This document shows positions 1-8,999 of a stretch of 16,519 nucleotides of DNA, piece by piece (position 1 is the first letter of the stretch; each line of letters opens with the position of its first letter). The position numbers and the translations under genes are program-made. The stretch covers positions 1 through 16,519 of the forward strand of contig NW_021825343.1 of NCBI RefSeq assembly GCF_006345805.1. The letters run 5' to 3'. The notes beneath the pieces were generated by a model. The model saw nothing but the letters and a program-made list of their open reading frames with translations. It made no database searches and was not told the DNA's origin. This DNA is from Octopus sinensis. Lineage: Eukaryota.

Positions 1-71
1 ATATGTCACCACATTCCCAAAACATTTCCAATGCTGTTGCATAGTTTTTATTAATGATTTATATATGACAA

Positions 72-351
72 GTGTGGAGGCGCAATGGCCCAGTGTTTAG
101 GACAGCGGACTCGCGGTCGTAGGATTGCGGTTTCGATTCCCAGACCGGGCGGTGTGAGTGTTTATTGAGCGAAAACACCTAAAGCTCTACGAGGCTCCGG
201 CAGGGGGTGGTGATCCCTGCTGTACTCTTTCACCACTCTTTCTCCAACTCTTTCTTCCGTTGGCCTGCTCGCTTATTCGAAGGCTAAAAGAATGCGAACG
301 CATTGTGACCAGCGATGTGTAACAACATCTGATGGTCTGGTCGGTCACGTG
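72..351 (+). mobile_element. tRNA-derived SINE (family C here), apparently full length, with 9-bp TSD
   Basis: Head ggaggcgcaaTGGCCCAGTGtttag...GTTTCGATTCC carries Pol III A-box and B-box-like motifs. The 3' end has inverted repeats (GTGACC 305-310 / GGTCAC 343-348; GATGT 314-318 / ACATC 325-329). Direct repeat atatgacaa at 63-71 and 352-360. Confidence 0.8.
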
Positions 352-782
352 ATATGACAAATAATTGCGCAGTACACCTTTTAGGGTAAAGAATATTTCG
401 TCCTTCTATGACCATCCTATTACAAGATGATCCGTTGTGGGCTCGAACTCAGAATAACTTTTGCCCCAGTAGATCACTTTATTTTACCAATACAGGATTT
501 ATTCGCTGAATTATTGAATGATTGGGAAAATATCCTTTGACATTTATGGTGTTTTTAATTTTTGGTTTTAAATCACGTCGATGTCAAAATAGCATTTCCT
601 CCTTCTAAGATACGTTGAGTACAGTATAAGTGAACTACCTTATATTTATAGCATAAATCAAGATTTCTTCATCCCAGGAAATCCTGTGATTATTTATGGC
701 AATTTTCAAATGTTTTATTGTTTTGAATACCGTATTTTCTGGTCTATAGGCCGAAATTTCTAAATGAAATATACAGCCATTA

Positions 783-1203
783 TAGGCGCAGGAGTGGCTG
801 TGTGGTAAGTAGCTTGCTTATGAACTACATGGTTCCGGGTTCAGTCCCACTGCGTGGCATCTTGGGCAAATGACTACTACTATAGCCTCGGGCCGACCAA
901 AGCCTTGTGAGTGGATTTGGTAGACGGAAACTGAAAGAAGCCTGTCGTATGTATGTATATATATGTATATATATATGTATGTGTGTGTGTTTGTGTGTCT
1001 GTGTTTGCCCCCTAGCATTGCTTGACAACCGATGCTGGTGTGTTTACGTCCCCGTCACTTAGCGGTTCGGCAAAAAGAGACCGATAGAATAAGTACTGGG
1101 CTTACAAAGAATAAGTCCCGGGGTCGATGTGCCCGACTAAAGGCGGTGCTCCAGCATGGCCGCAGTCAAATGACTGTAACAAGTAAAAGTAAAGTAAAGT
1201 AAG
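783..1203 (+). mobile_element. tRNA-derived SINE (family A) with internal TA/TG microsatellite, full length
   Basis: A-box-like TGGCTGTGTGG, B-box-like GGTTCAGTCCC, conserved central block cttgggcaa...gaaagaagcc, internal microsatellite, 3' hairpin CAGTCAaaTGACTG and (aagta)n tail. Closely similar to 5994-6452 and 11032-11441. Possibly one of the described Octopus OR/OK SINEs (not verified). Confidence 0.9.
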
Positions 1204-1747
1204 CCAAAGAAGGTATGTCGAATTATACAAGATGACTTTGGAGGACCAACACATCCGTGAGAAATTTAACAGAATTTAGAAAGATGGTGACTACGTCGAC
1301 TCCAATACAAAACGTACGGTGAACATCCGTGAAGCGTCGCTACTGAGAATGTAGCATTGCTGTAAATGTTTCCAAATTTTAATGTTGTTTAACTTTGGGC
1401 GTACCTTTCACGAATAAGAATGGCTGAAACATCGGCGCCTCTGAAGATTTGGGTCTATTCATCACGGCTGATTTGATTGCTCAGAGCAAATATTCTAGCC
1501 TCAAATCCCTTGTTTTATTTGGGCATACATTTAACGAACATTTCTGAATTCCAGAACTTAAACTTCGTAATCAAGTGTGTAGGGAACTGTACGTCAATTA
1601 CAACTTCCGTGATATACGATCTAGGCTTGCAAGCCATCGCCAACAAAGGCAAATTCGGCGAATTAATTCTTCTTGACAATTGATCTTGAAAACAATTTGA
1701 TTTATGCAACTTGTATTGTGTCGGCTGAACAGAGAAGTCATGAATTA

Positions 1748-2663
1748 TTGGGTCATCCCATAAATAATGCGGTTTATTCAATTACATGAACTAAAAGCCG
1801 GAAGGGGCCGCTATAAACTACCTACATCAACTTGCTATAAACATCTGGTAGTAATTTTACTTTGTACTTATTCTTAGTGCAAGGTTTGAAGAGTGCAGTT
1901 CGATTTTACCTATTATATTTTCAAAGCTCTCATGACTAAAGAGCATTTTCGACATATTTTGCTTTGAGTTCAATAAAGGCCACAATGCAACGCTTCGTAC
2001 GAGGAATATTAAAGCAGTATATGGGGATCAGAAAATAAGTGTAAGCCAGTGTCAACAGTGGTTCCGGACCGGAAAATCCGAACCGGAAAATCCGAACCTA
2101 GAAAACGAGTCTCGAAGACAAGCCTAGAACATTAACCTCATTGTGGAAGATTTATAGAGCACGACGAGGATGTCCTGCAAACCCTGGTGGAACAAAATCC
2201 CAACGTAAATGTTGAGGATTTAGCAGTGAAGCTTGAATTTAATCATTCAATCAGTCATCCAAGCTAGAAGGAAAATGACCATCCTTCGTTTCATGACGAA
2301 AGGTGTTCTACCACCGGGATAATACTCGGTCACATACAACGAGGATGACATTCCAAAGGTTGTAGCGGTTTGAATGTGAAATGATACCCCACACACCATA
2401 TTCACGGACAAGTGAATTTTGGAAGAGGGGTCTTGCATGTCTACCAGACAGATGGAATGAGCATTGTAGGGAAAGAAGGAGAATATATTGTTGTATTTAG
2501 GAACGGTCATTTTGCCAGTTTAGCCAATAAAAACACACGCACTATATATTTGGTGTTACTTTGCTTCAGCGTTAATTATTTTTTACATTAATGTTAATCT
2601 TATCATAATTTAGAAAAATAAAAGAAGCATTAAAAAAACTGCATTAATTATGGGATGACACAG
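1748..2663 (+). mobile_element. Internally deleted mariner (Tc1/mariner) DNA transposon
   Basis: 28-bp TIRs: ttgggtcatcccataaataatgcggttt (1748-1775) vs the reverse complement of 2636-2663, ctgtgtcatcccataattaatgcagttt (24/28 identical). TA dinucleotides flank both ends (1746-47, 2664-65). Confidence 0.92.
1932..2490 (+). pseudogene. Mariner transposase pseudogene (frameshifts, stops, two large deletions)
   Basis: MTKEHFRHILL / EFNKGHNAT..VYGD..SQCQQWF (HTH); DEDVLQTLVEQNP..EDLA; HRDNTRSH (2312-2335) ~ HHDNARPH; IPHTPYS (2384-2404) ~ LPHPPYSPDL, fused in frame to EFWKRGLACLPDRW. The WVPHEL, first catalytic D and third catalytic D regions are missing. Confidence 0.9.
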
Positions 2664-3408
2664 TACATTTTCTTTAATAATGTTGAAGAATGTTTAGATT
2701 CTATTATCATTTAAAAAATGCACTCGCACGATAGAATCCCGTTGAGCGTTTATACGGCAAAACATTTCTAAAGCTACTCTATGGCATGTGTGGAAATTGA
2801 CCGGATCAACTATTGAAGACTTAGTAATGAAATTTATCTTCTTCCTCAGCTTTGAATTTACTGTAGCTTAATCTCTCGGGCTACATATCAGAAAGTATGG
2901 AATAAAATTAAACTTCATTACTGGTATTTGAAACAATGTTCATGAAACACATACTGATAAGAGTAAAAGCTGATGCACGAAGAAAATTTTGAAGAAATTT
3001 ATCAGGCCTGCGGTTATCAGAACTGATATACATCGTCGCAATTAACATAATGAAGATATCATAAGTCCATTATGGCCGTCCATGTTGAACTACGATACCT
3101 TCATTATAGTTTTGATATCGATGACCTGGCAATCCGGATTGATTTGTAATTCTTCGTGTAGGTCTCAACTGATAATCAAAACAACTTCATTCTGTTATTC
3201 ACAATTGAATCAGATTCCGTGTTTTGAAGAACGCCTCGTGCTTTCATCGCGAGGAATTTGAAATTTTAAACACAGCTATTGACATCACTTTCAATCTCTC
3301 TCACTCATTCGCTTTTCCATTCGTTTAGCATCTTGATAATTTGAGAACACAGATTTCGTCGTAGGATGGTTTGACATGCGTCTTTAGCATACAAGGGGTC
3401 CACTGATT

Positions 3409-3426
3409 TATACATATATATATATA

Positions 3427-3467
<41 letters not shown>

Positions 3468-3491
3468 ATGTGTGTGAGTGTGTGTGTGTGC

Positions 3492-3531
<40 letters not shown>

Positions 3532-3545
3532 GTATGTATATATAA
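3409..3545. repeat. Compound (TA)n-(TG)n microsatellite
   Basis: Directly visible. Confidence 0.95.
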
Positions 3546-3641
3546 AGTATAGCACTTACATCATTACATTCTGCAATGGCTAGAATATATTGATGTAAGT
3601 TGTCCTTTTCCGTGTTGTTTTCATTATGTCTTTCGTATTGT

Positions 3642-3738
3642 GGAGCATCCTGATGAGGGGAATGTCTGGTTCCCTAAAATATGAAATTTATGTCATATTA
3701 TCAGACACGACTCCGAAACGGCCCGTCGATGAAGCTTT
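3642..3738 (+). ncRNA. Type I hammerhead ribozyme (PLE/retrozyme-like)
   Basis: Stem I CATC 3646-49 / GATG 3728-31; core CTGATGA 3650-56; stem II GGGG 3657-60 / CTCC 3711-14, extended by TGTCTGG / TCAGACA and AATATGA / TCATATT; GAAA 3715-18; stem III ACG / CGT with a 3-nt loop; GTC cleavage triplet 3725-27. Confidence 0.85.
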
Positions 3739-4024
3739 TGGATCCATTGAACATTATCTTCGTATATTAGTATGTTCATTTAATGTTTTCTAATTTCAAA
3801 CTTTCCACTGAACTCCGTGTTGTAACTTGCGAATTTTTATTCCCTTGTATCTCATCGTGTGGATTAATAATTCGCTATTTCTTTTATTATATTAATGTTT
3901 TCTATTTTGCCTGCGTATTTAAATATATGTATGAGATTTTATCTTATGTACGATTTTTTATCTTATAACATATCGACCTTTTTTATATCTATTTATGTAT
4001 CTATGTATGTGTCTATAACAATAC

Positions 4025-4460
4025 GTGCGTGACATGGTGATCTCACATCAAGATAAACAGCATATGACATTGCAGGTGGGGCCCAGTTAGAATTTTCTTT
4101 CGGTCGAGTAACCCATCCCGCTCAAAAGGTCCCTGAATAAGGTTTGTTTAAGGATGTTGAACGAATCACCCATGTTTCTTGTGCTGAAATATTCAAACCT
4201 CAAAGAATCCCTCTCAACACACGGCCATGATGCTTCCCCACTACTTTGCTTGTGATCAGAGACGCACATATCGTCAGCCACTAAGGGACATGCTCAACTA
4301 GTTAATGGTCAAATAACTGACAGGCAAATCTGTGGTATTGAGCAGAATATTTGCTGTAGCCCATCTTTTATATACCAAGAGAAAACAATGTACGTGATAA
4401 CATTTCGAATCCCTTAAGATCAAAAGCCACGAGAACCACTGCCTGGTACTGCATCATCGC
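4025..4460. mobile_element. Interspersed repeat fragment abutting an (ATT)n/(TAA)n array; family unassigned
   Basis: More GC-balanced block ending exactly at the microsatellite (gcatcatcgc|attactattatt). It resembles a recurrent octopus repeat from memory only, with no second copy in the window. Confidence 0.45.
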
Positions 4461-4465
4461 ATTAC

Positions 4466-4529
<64 letters not shown>

Positions 4530-4622
4530 GTTGTTGTTGTTTTTGTTGTTATTATTATTATTATTGTTGTTGTTTTTGTTATTATTATTATTATTATTAT
4601 TGTTGTTGTTGTTGTTGTTATT
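4461..4622. repeat. (ATT)n/(GTT)n compound trinucleotide microsatellite
   Basis: Directly visible; source of the poly-N and poly-I/T ORFs. Confidence 0.95.
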
Positions 4623-4826
4623 GATATATCCACTGTCTGAATATTTTGTGACATGATATGAAATTTTCAAAGAAACAATTATCGTTATTTTGTTCCGTTT
4701 AAAAACCCCTGTGAACGACTTGTGCGAAAACAGTTGCATCAAACTGAAGCTTCTCTTTTCATTTCTTGTTCTGGTGACATTATTATTATATTATTATTAT
4801 AAATGTCATAAACTCCACACAGTTGC

Positions 4827-5157
4827 AATCATGACAAGGTGGTGGTGTTTAAACATTGTTCCCAGATAATACTTTACTTAATACTTATATTTTACACATA
4901 AAATATTCTCACGTACAATGACATGTAAATCTCTGTGTATGCATATACGTGTGTGTACATGCATCTATATATGTATATATATATATATAATCATGACAAG
5001 GTGGTGTTGTTTAAACACTGTTCCCAGATAATACTTTTACTTAATACTTATATTTTACACATAAAATATTCTCACGCAAAAAGACATGTACATCTGTGTG
5101 CATACATATACATATGTGTACATGCATCCATATATGTATATATATATATATATATAT
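4827..5157. repeat. Tandem duplication, 2 copies of ~162 bp
   Basis: aatcatgacaaggtggtg...gtatatatatata starts at 4827 and again at 4989; both copies end in (TA)n. Confidence 0.92.
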
Positions 5158-5583
5158 TCATTTATTTCTAAAATTCAAGTTGTAAGACCGTTGTTCACTG
5201 GATTAATTTAAGTGGTGAATTATAATCCCTACCGTCTTAATTCTAAGATCGAAGTAGCGTTTGTGCTCTATTAAATCGATTACGATCACAGCACATGTTG
5301 AAATAATATTTGCGTTTTACAAGACAAATGTCAATATTCTTCAAGTTTTCAACCATGTGATGTGTTAAGAAAAATGGGGAAAATCTATTTAGTAATGTGG
5401 AAGGTTATTTAAACTTCTTACTTTGTTTGAATGTCTCGTTAAGATTAAGTCTGCATTATATTAGCAGCTAACTAGGAAGCACCTGTGTGGTTTCTTGACT
5501 TGCTTTATATAGCAGTCAAATTTCGCGTTGATTCATATTATACATCATTAAAACCACAGAACAATATAATTATATTCTGTTAG

Positions 5584-5710
5584 ATTTATGATATCGGAAC
5601 GAAAGATGGGTTCACCCTGGTGGGAACGGATCTGATTATAGTTCTGAATCAGTACCAACTGACCTAAAGCCGATCAAGAACAATAACAATAACAATATCA
5701 AAGGCGTATC
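5584..5710 (+). CDS. Candidate internal exon of an unidentified host gene
   Basis: Acceptor tatattctgttAG (5582-83) and donor ATC|GTAAGA (5711). Frame from 5592 reads YRNERWVHPGGNGSDYSSESVPTDLKPIKNNNNNNIKGV-S and ends in phase 2, but TGA 5589-91 is in that frame. Confidence 0.45.
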
Positions 5711-5993
5711 GTAAGATGGTGAGCTGTCAAAATATAAGGCCAAAATATAAGGTAAATATAAAATGCGTATCGACCGGTGAGAAATAACAGCGAGGTCGAA
5801 CTCGTGTAAATATCCACTTTCTTAAGTAAAGAAACGTTACATTGAAAACGCAAGATGCTTTTTGAATCAAATTCACAAAACCGATATTGCCAATTGTCAT
5901 AGACGGAACTTCATTTCGACCATCGGTCTAGCAGATTGGAGTTGAGGTGCGACTCACTAGCAAAAAGAACAGCTATGAAAAAATACAAAATCC

Positions 5994-6185
5994 AGGCGCT
6001 GGAGTAGCTGTAGGGTAAGTAGCTTGCTTACGAACCACATGGTTCCGGGTTCAGTTCCACTGCGTGGCACCTTGGGCAAGTGTCTTCTACTATAGCCTCG
6101 GCCCCACCAAAGCCTTGTGAGTGAATTTGGTAGACGAAAACTGAAAGAAACCCGTCGTGATATATATATATACACACATACATAT

Positions 6186-6226
<41 letters not shown>

Positions 6227-6452
6227 TATATGTATGTATGTGTGTATATGTTTGTGTGTCTGCGTTTGTCCCCCGAACATCGTTTGACAATCGATGCCGG
6301 TGTATTTACGTCACCGTAACCTAGCGGTTCGGCAAAAAAGACCGATAGAATAAGTACTAGGCTTACAAAGAGTGTGTCCCGAGATCGATGTGCTCGACTA
6401 AAGGCGGTGCTCTAGCATGGCCGCAGTCAAATGACTGAAACAAGTAAAAGAA
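5994..6452 (+). mobile_element. SINE family A, full length
   Basis: Same head, central block, internal microsatellite and 3' hairpin/tail as 783-1203. Confidence 0.9.
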
Positions 6453-6713
6453 TATAGAGAGGCTGTATTTAGATCACGGCCAGCACAAATATACATCATC
6501 ATACATTGTTGCTGTCACCAACAACGCTGATGTTCTGTTACTATCGAACTACCACCATCGCTAACGAGCACGACAAAGGCAACAAAGTCGAAAGATCGAA
6601 GCGCGATTATCAATGAAATAACGAATGATATAAACCATCATAAGAGACGTTAGCATGAACATTGAATCGGTATCATTCTGACAGTAACAAAGCAATTAAC
6701 ACCCATGCTTGCA

Positions 6714-6727
6714 GTTGCCATAGCAAC
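6714..6727. promoter_or_regulatory. RFX X-box-type motif GTTGCCATAGCAAC
   Basis: Matches the RFX consensus GTNRCC-AT-RGYAAC; the palindrome extends to CAGTTGC-cata-GCAACTG (6712-6729). It lies in unique, relatively CpG-rich sequence. Confidence 0.55.
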
Positions 6728-6825
6728 TGTCGCCGGCAATTACTTAAATCACATTATACTCCGCAGTGATCAAGGAATTTAAAATATAACAATGAAACAG
6801 ATGGCAGAAAATAATAACTAAAATC

Positions 6826-6888
6826 AATATATATACATACATATATATATATACATATATATACACACACATATATATATATATACAC

Positions 6889-6921
<33 letters not shown>

Positions 6922-7095
6922 TATATACATATATATGCCATATATATATATACTACATATGCACATATATATATACATATATATATACATATATATGCAC
7001 ATATATATATACATATATATACATATATATGCACATATATATACATATATATATACATATATATGCACATATATATACACATATATATATCTATC

Positions 7096-7128
<33 letters not shown>

Positions 7129-7148
7129 CATATACACATATATATAAA
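6826..7148. repeat. Interrupted (TA)n/(CATATA)n microsatellite with a ~34-36-bp higher-order period
   Basis: GCAC interruptions at 6961, 6997, 7031 and 7065. Confidence 0.9.
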
Positions 7149-7602
7149 TATAAGGAGAGAGACAGAAAGAGAGGCGTGCGTACATGATTATCTCTATGTG
7201 TGTGCATAGTTATGTTTTAGTGTGGGAAGAAACGTGATTGCTTAATTATTTTGAAATTTAAACACATCTCCGTACTTTTTTTCTGAAATTCCCAATTTCC
7301 GAGCCTCCGGCCATCTGCTTAGCTGTGGATTATTTCCACATGCCAGCTCTGACGTAATCAGACTATAAAGAAACTGAGTCATTTTGGCCTCACACAAACA
7401 TGTGCATTCTATTACGAAATATGTTTTCCTGTGTTAGTTGGGATATCAACGAATAGACGCATACACATACATACACACACACCTACATACATACCTACAT
7501 ACATACATACATACATCATACATACATACATACATACATACATACATACATACATACATACATACTACATCACACACACACATACACACACACATACATA
7601 CA

Positions 7603-7635
<33 letters not shown>

Positions 7636-8708
7636 TTAAATTTTTAAAAAAATTTCACATCTCAGAGCTGCGGCCATGCTGATGCACTGCCGTTTTGTGC
7701 TATAATATACATATATATAGAGAGAGAGGGAGAGAGAGAGACATGTGTGCGTACGTGAAAAACGTATATATATATATGTCTATCTATCTATTATATCTCT
7801 CTCTCTCTAGATATATATATGTATATATATCTATATATTATTATATATGTATATTATTATATATAATATTATATAGTATATATATATTATATATATACAT
7901 ATACACATATATATAAATATAAGGAGAGAGACAGAAAGAGAGGCGTGCGTACATGATTATCTCTATGGTGTGTGCATAGTTATGTTTTAGTGTGGGAAGA
8001 AACGTGATTGCTTAATTATTTTGAAATTTAAACGCATCTCCGTACTTTTTTTCTGAAATTCCCAATTTCCGAGCCTCCGGCCATCTGCTTAGCTGTGGAT
8101 TAATTTCCACATGCCATCTCGGACGTATCAGACTATAAAGAAACTGAGTCGTTTTGGCCTCACACAAACATGTGCATTCTATTACGAAATATGTTTTCCT
8201 GTGTTAGTTGGGATATCAACGGATAATGCATACACATACCTACATACATACCTACATACATACCTACATACATACATACATACATCATACATACATACAT
8301 ACATACATACATACATACATACATACATACATACTACATCACACACACACATACACACACACATAACACACACACATACATAACATACATACCTACATAC
8401 ATACATACATACATACATACATGCACACACACCATACATACATACATACATATATCTAATTTTTTAAAAAAGTTCAGCTCAGAGCTGCGGCCATGCTGAT
8501 GCACTGCCGTTTTGTGCTATATATATACATATATATAGAGAGAGAGGGAGAGAGAGAGACATGTGTGCGTACGTGAACGTATAATATATATGTCTATCTA
8601 TCTATTATATCTCTCTCTCTCTAGATATATATATGTATATATATCTATATATTATTATATATGTATATTATTATATATAATATTATATAGTATATATATA
8701 TTATATAT
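7112..8708. repeat. Tandem duplication of a ~770-830-bp unit (about 7112-7880 and 7881-8708), including (CATA)n, (GA)n and (TA)n tracts
   Basis: Anchors aaggagagagacagaaagagaggcg at 7152 and 7921, and ctcagagctgcggccatgctg at 7661 and 8478. Microsatellite interruptions are shared between the copies. Confidence 0.93.
8470..8512 (-). mobile_element. 3'-terminal remnant of a family-A-related SINE (duplicated at ~7655-7695)
   Basis: Minus strand aaacggcagtgcatcagcatggccgcagctctgagctgaac vs family A aaggcggtgctccagcatggccgcagtcaaatgactgaaac. Confidence 0.6.
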
Positions 8709-8743
8709 TATATATGTATATATATATATATATATATACATTA

Positions 8744-8824
8744 CGGTACTGATCTACTTCGCGGATTTTCACCTATCGCGGGGTTTTTTAGAAAGTAACA
8801 CCCGCGATATTCGAGGTATTATTG
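8744..8824. mobile_element. Short degenerate Tigger/pogo-like MITE
   Basis: TA at 8742-43 and 8825-26. The right end on the reverse strand reads caataatacctcgaatatcgcgg and the left end cggtactgatctacttcgcgg. A related terminus aagtaatccctcgccatatcg occurs at 9914-9934. Confidence 0.5.
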
Positions 8825-8999
8825 TATATATAGTTACGGTGTGTTCTGCTAAGAACGTAGCAGAGTACAGCATAAAGCTTTTTCCACCTTCAGAGTTCAC
8901 CCTCTGCTATCTAGTACCAGTAATATACGTTCTTGCACGTTTCCCATACATACACACACACATACAAATACACGCGTGCACATTCTTACACACGTGCGT

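Larger units (their letters stand above)
1500..3290 (-). pseudogene. Heavily decayed Penelope-like element (PLE) reverse transcriptase relic, split by the mariner at 1748-2663
   Basis: Colinear minus-strand motifs across frameshifts and stops: DVNS (3286-3275) and IPRDE (3257-3243) ~ DVxSLFTNIPxxE; TKNY; YQ..EGI..G and TYDIFIM (3066-3046) ~ YxQxxGxAMG..PTYANIFM; KFKAEEEDKFHY (2859-2824) ~ KFTxExExxxxLPFLD; YKRSTGFY (2754-2731) ~ YRKPTxTGxY; beyond the mariner, PRSYITEVVI (1625-1596) ~ NGYPxxFIxxVI. The YxDD motif is not clearly preserved. Judged by eye only. Confidence 0.55.

Noticed and set aside
76-150. tRNA genes at SINE heads (also 785, 5995, 11034, 12712, 14167)
   Set aside because: A/B boxes are present, but no complete cloverleaf, and each continues into a SINE body.
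1477-1683. Plus-strand ORF with YLGIHLT resembling L1/Tx1 RT; also a piggyBac-like reading (VVIDVQ..MPK..RIFAL) on the minus strand
   Set aside because: Isolated short matches with wrong spacing and no YADD. The colinear Penelope-like interpretation explains more motifs.
2068-2098. 14-bp tandem repeat accggaaaatccga x2
   Set aside because: Simple slippage inside the dead mariner coding region; no independent significance.
4262-4280. Other CUGANGA hammerhead cores (minus 4271-77, minus 10551-57, plus 1440)
   Set aside because: No stem II followed by GAAA and a matching stem III/UH.
8894-8935. Possible extra + exon after ttttccaccttcAG
   Set aside because: Available donors are weak and in phase 1, which is incompatible with the phase-2 acceptor at 10003.
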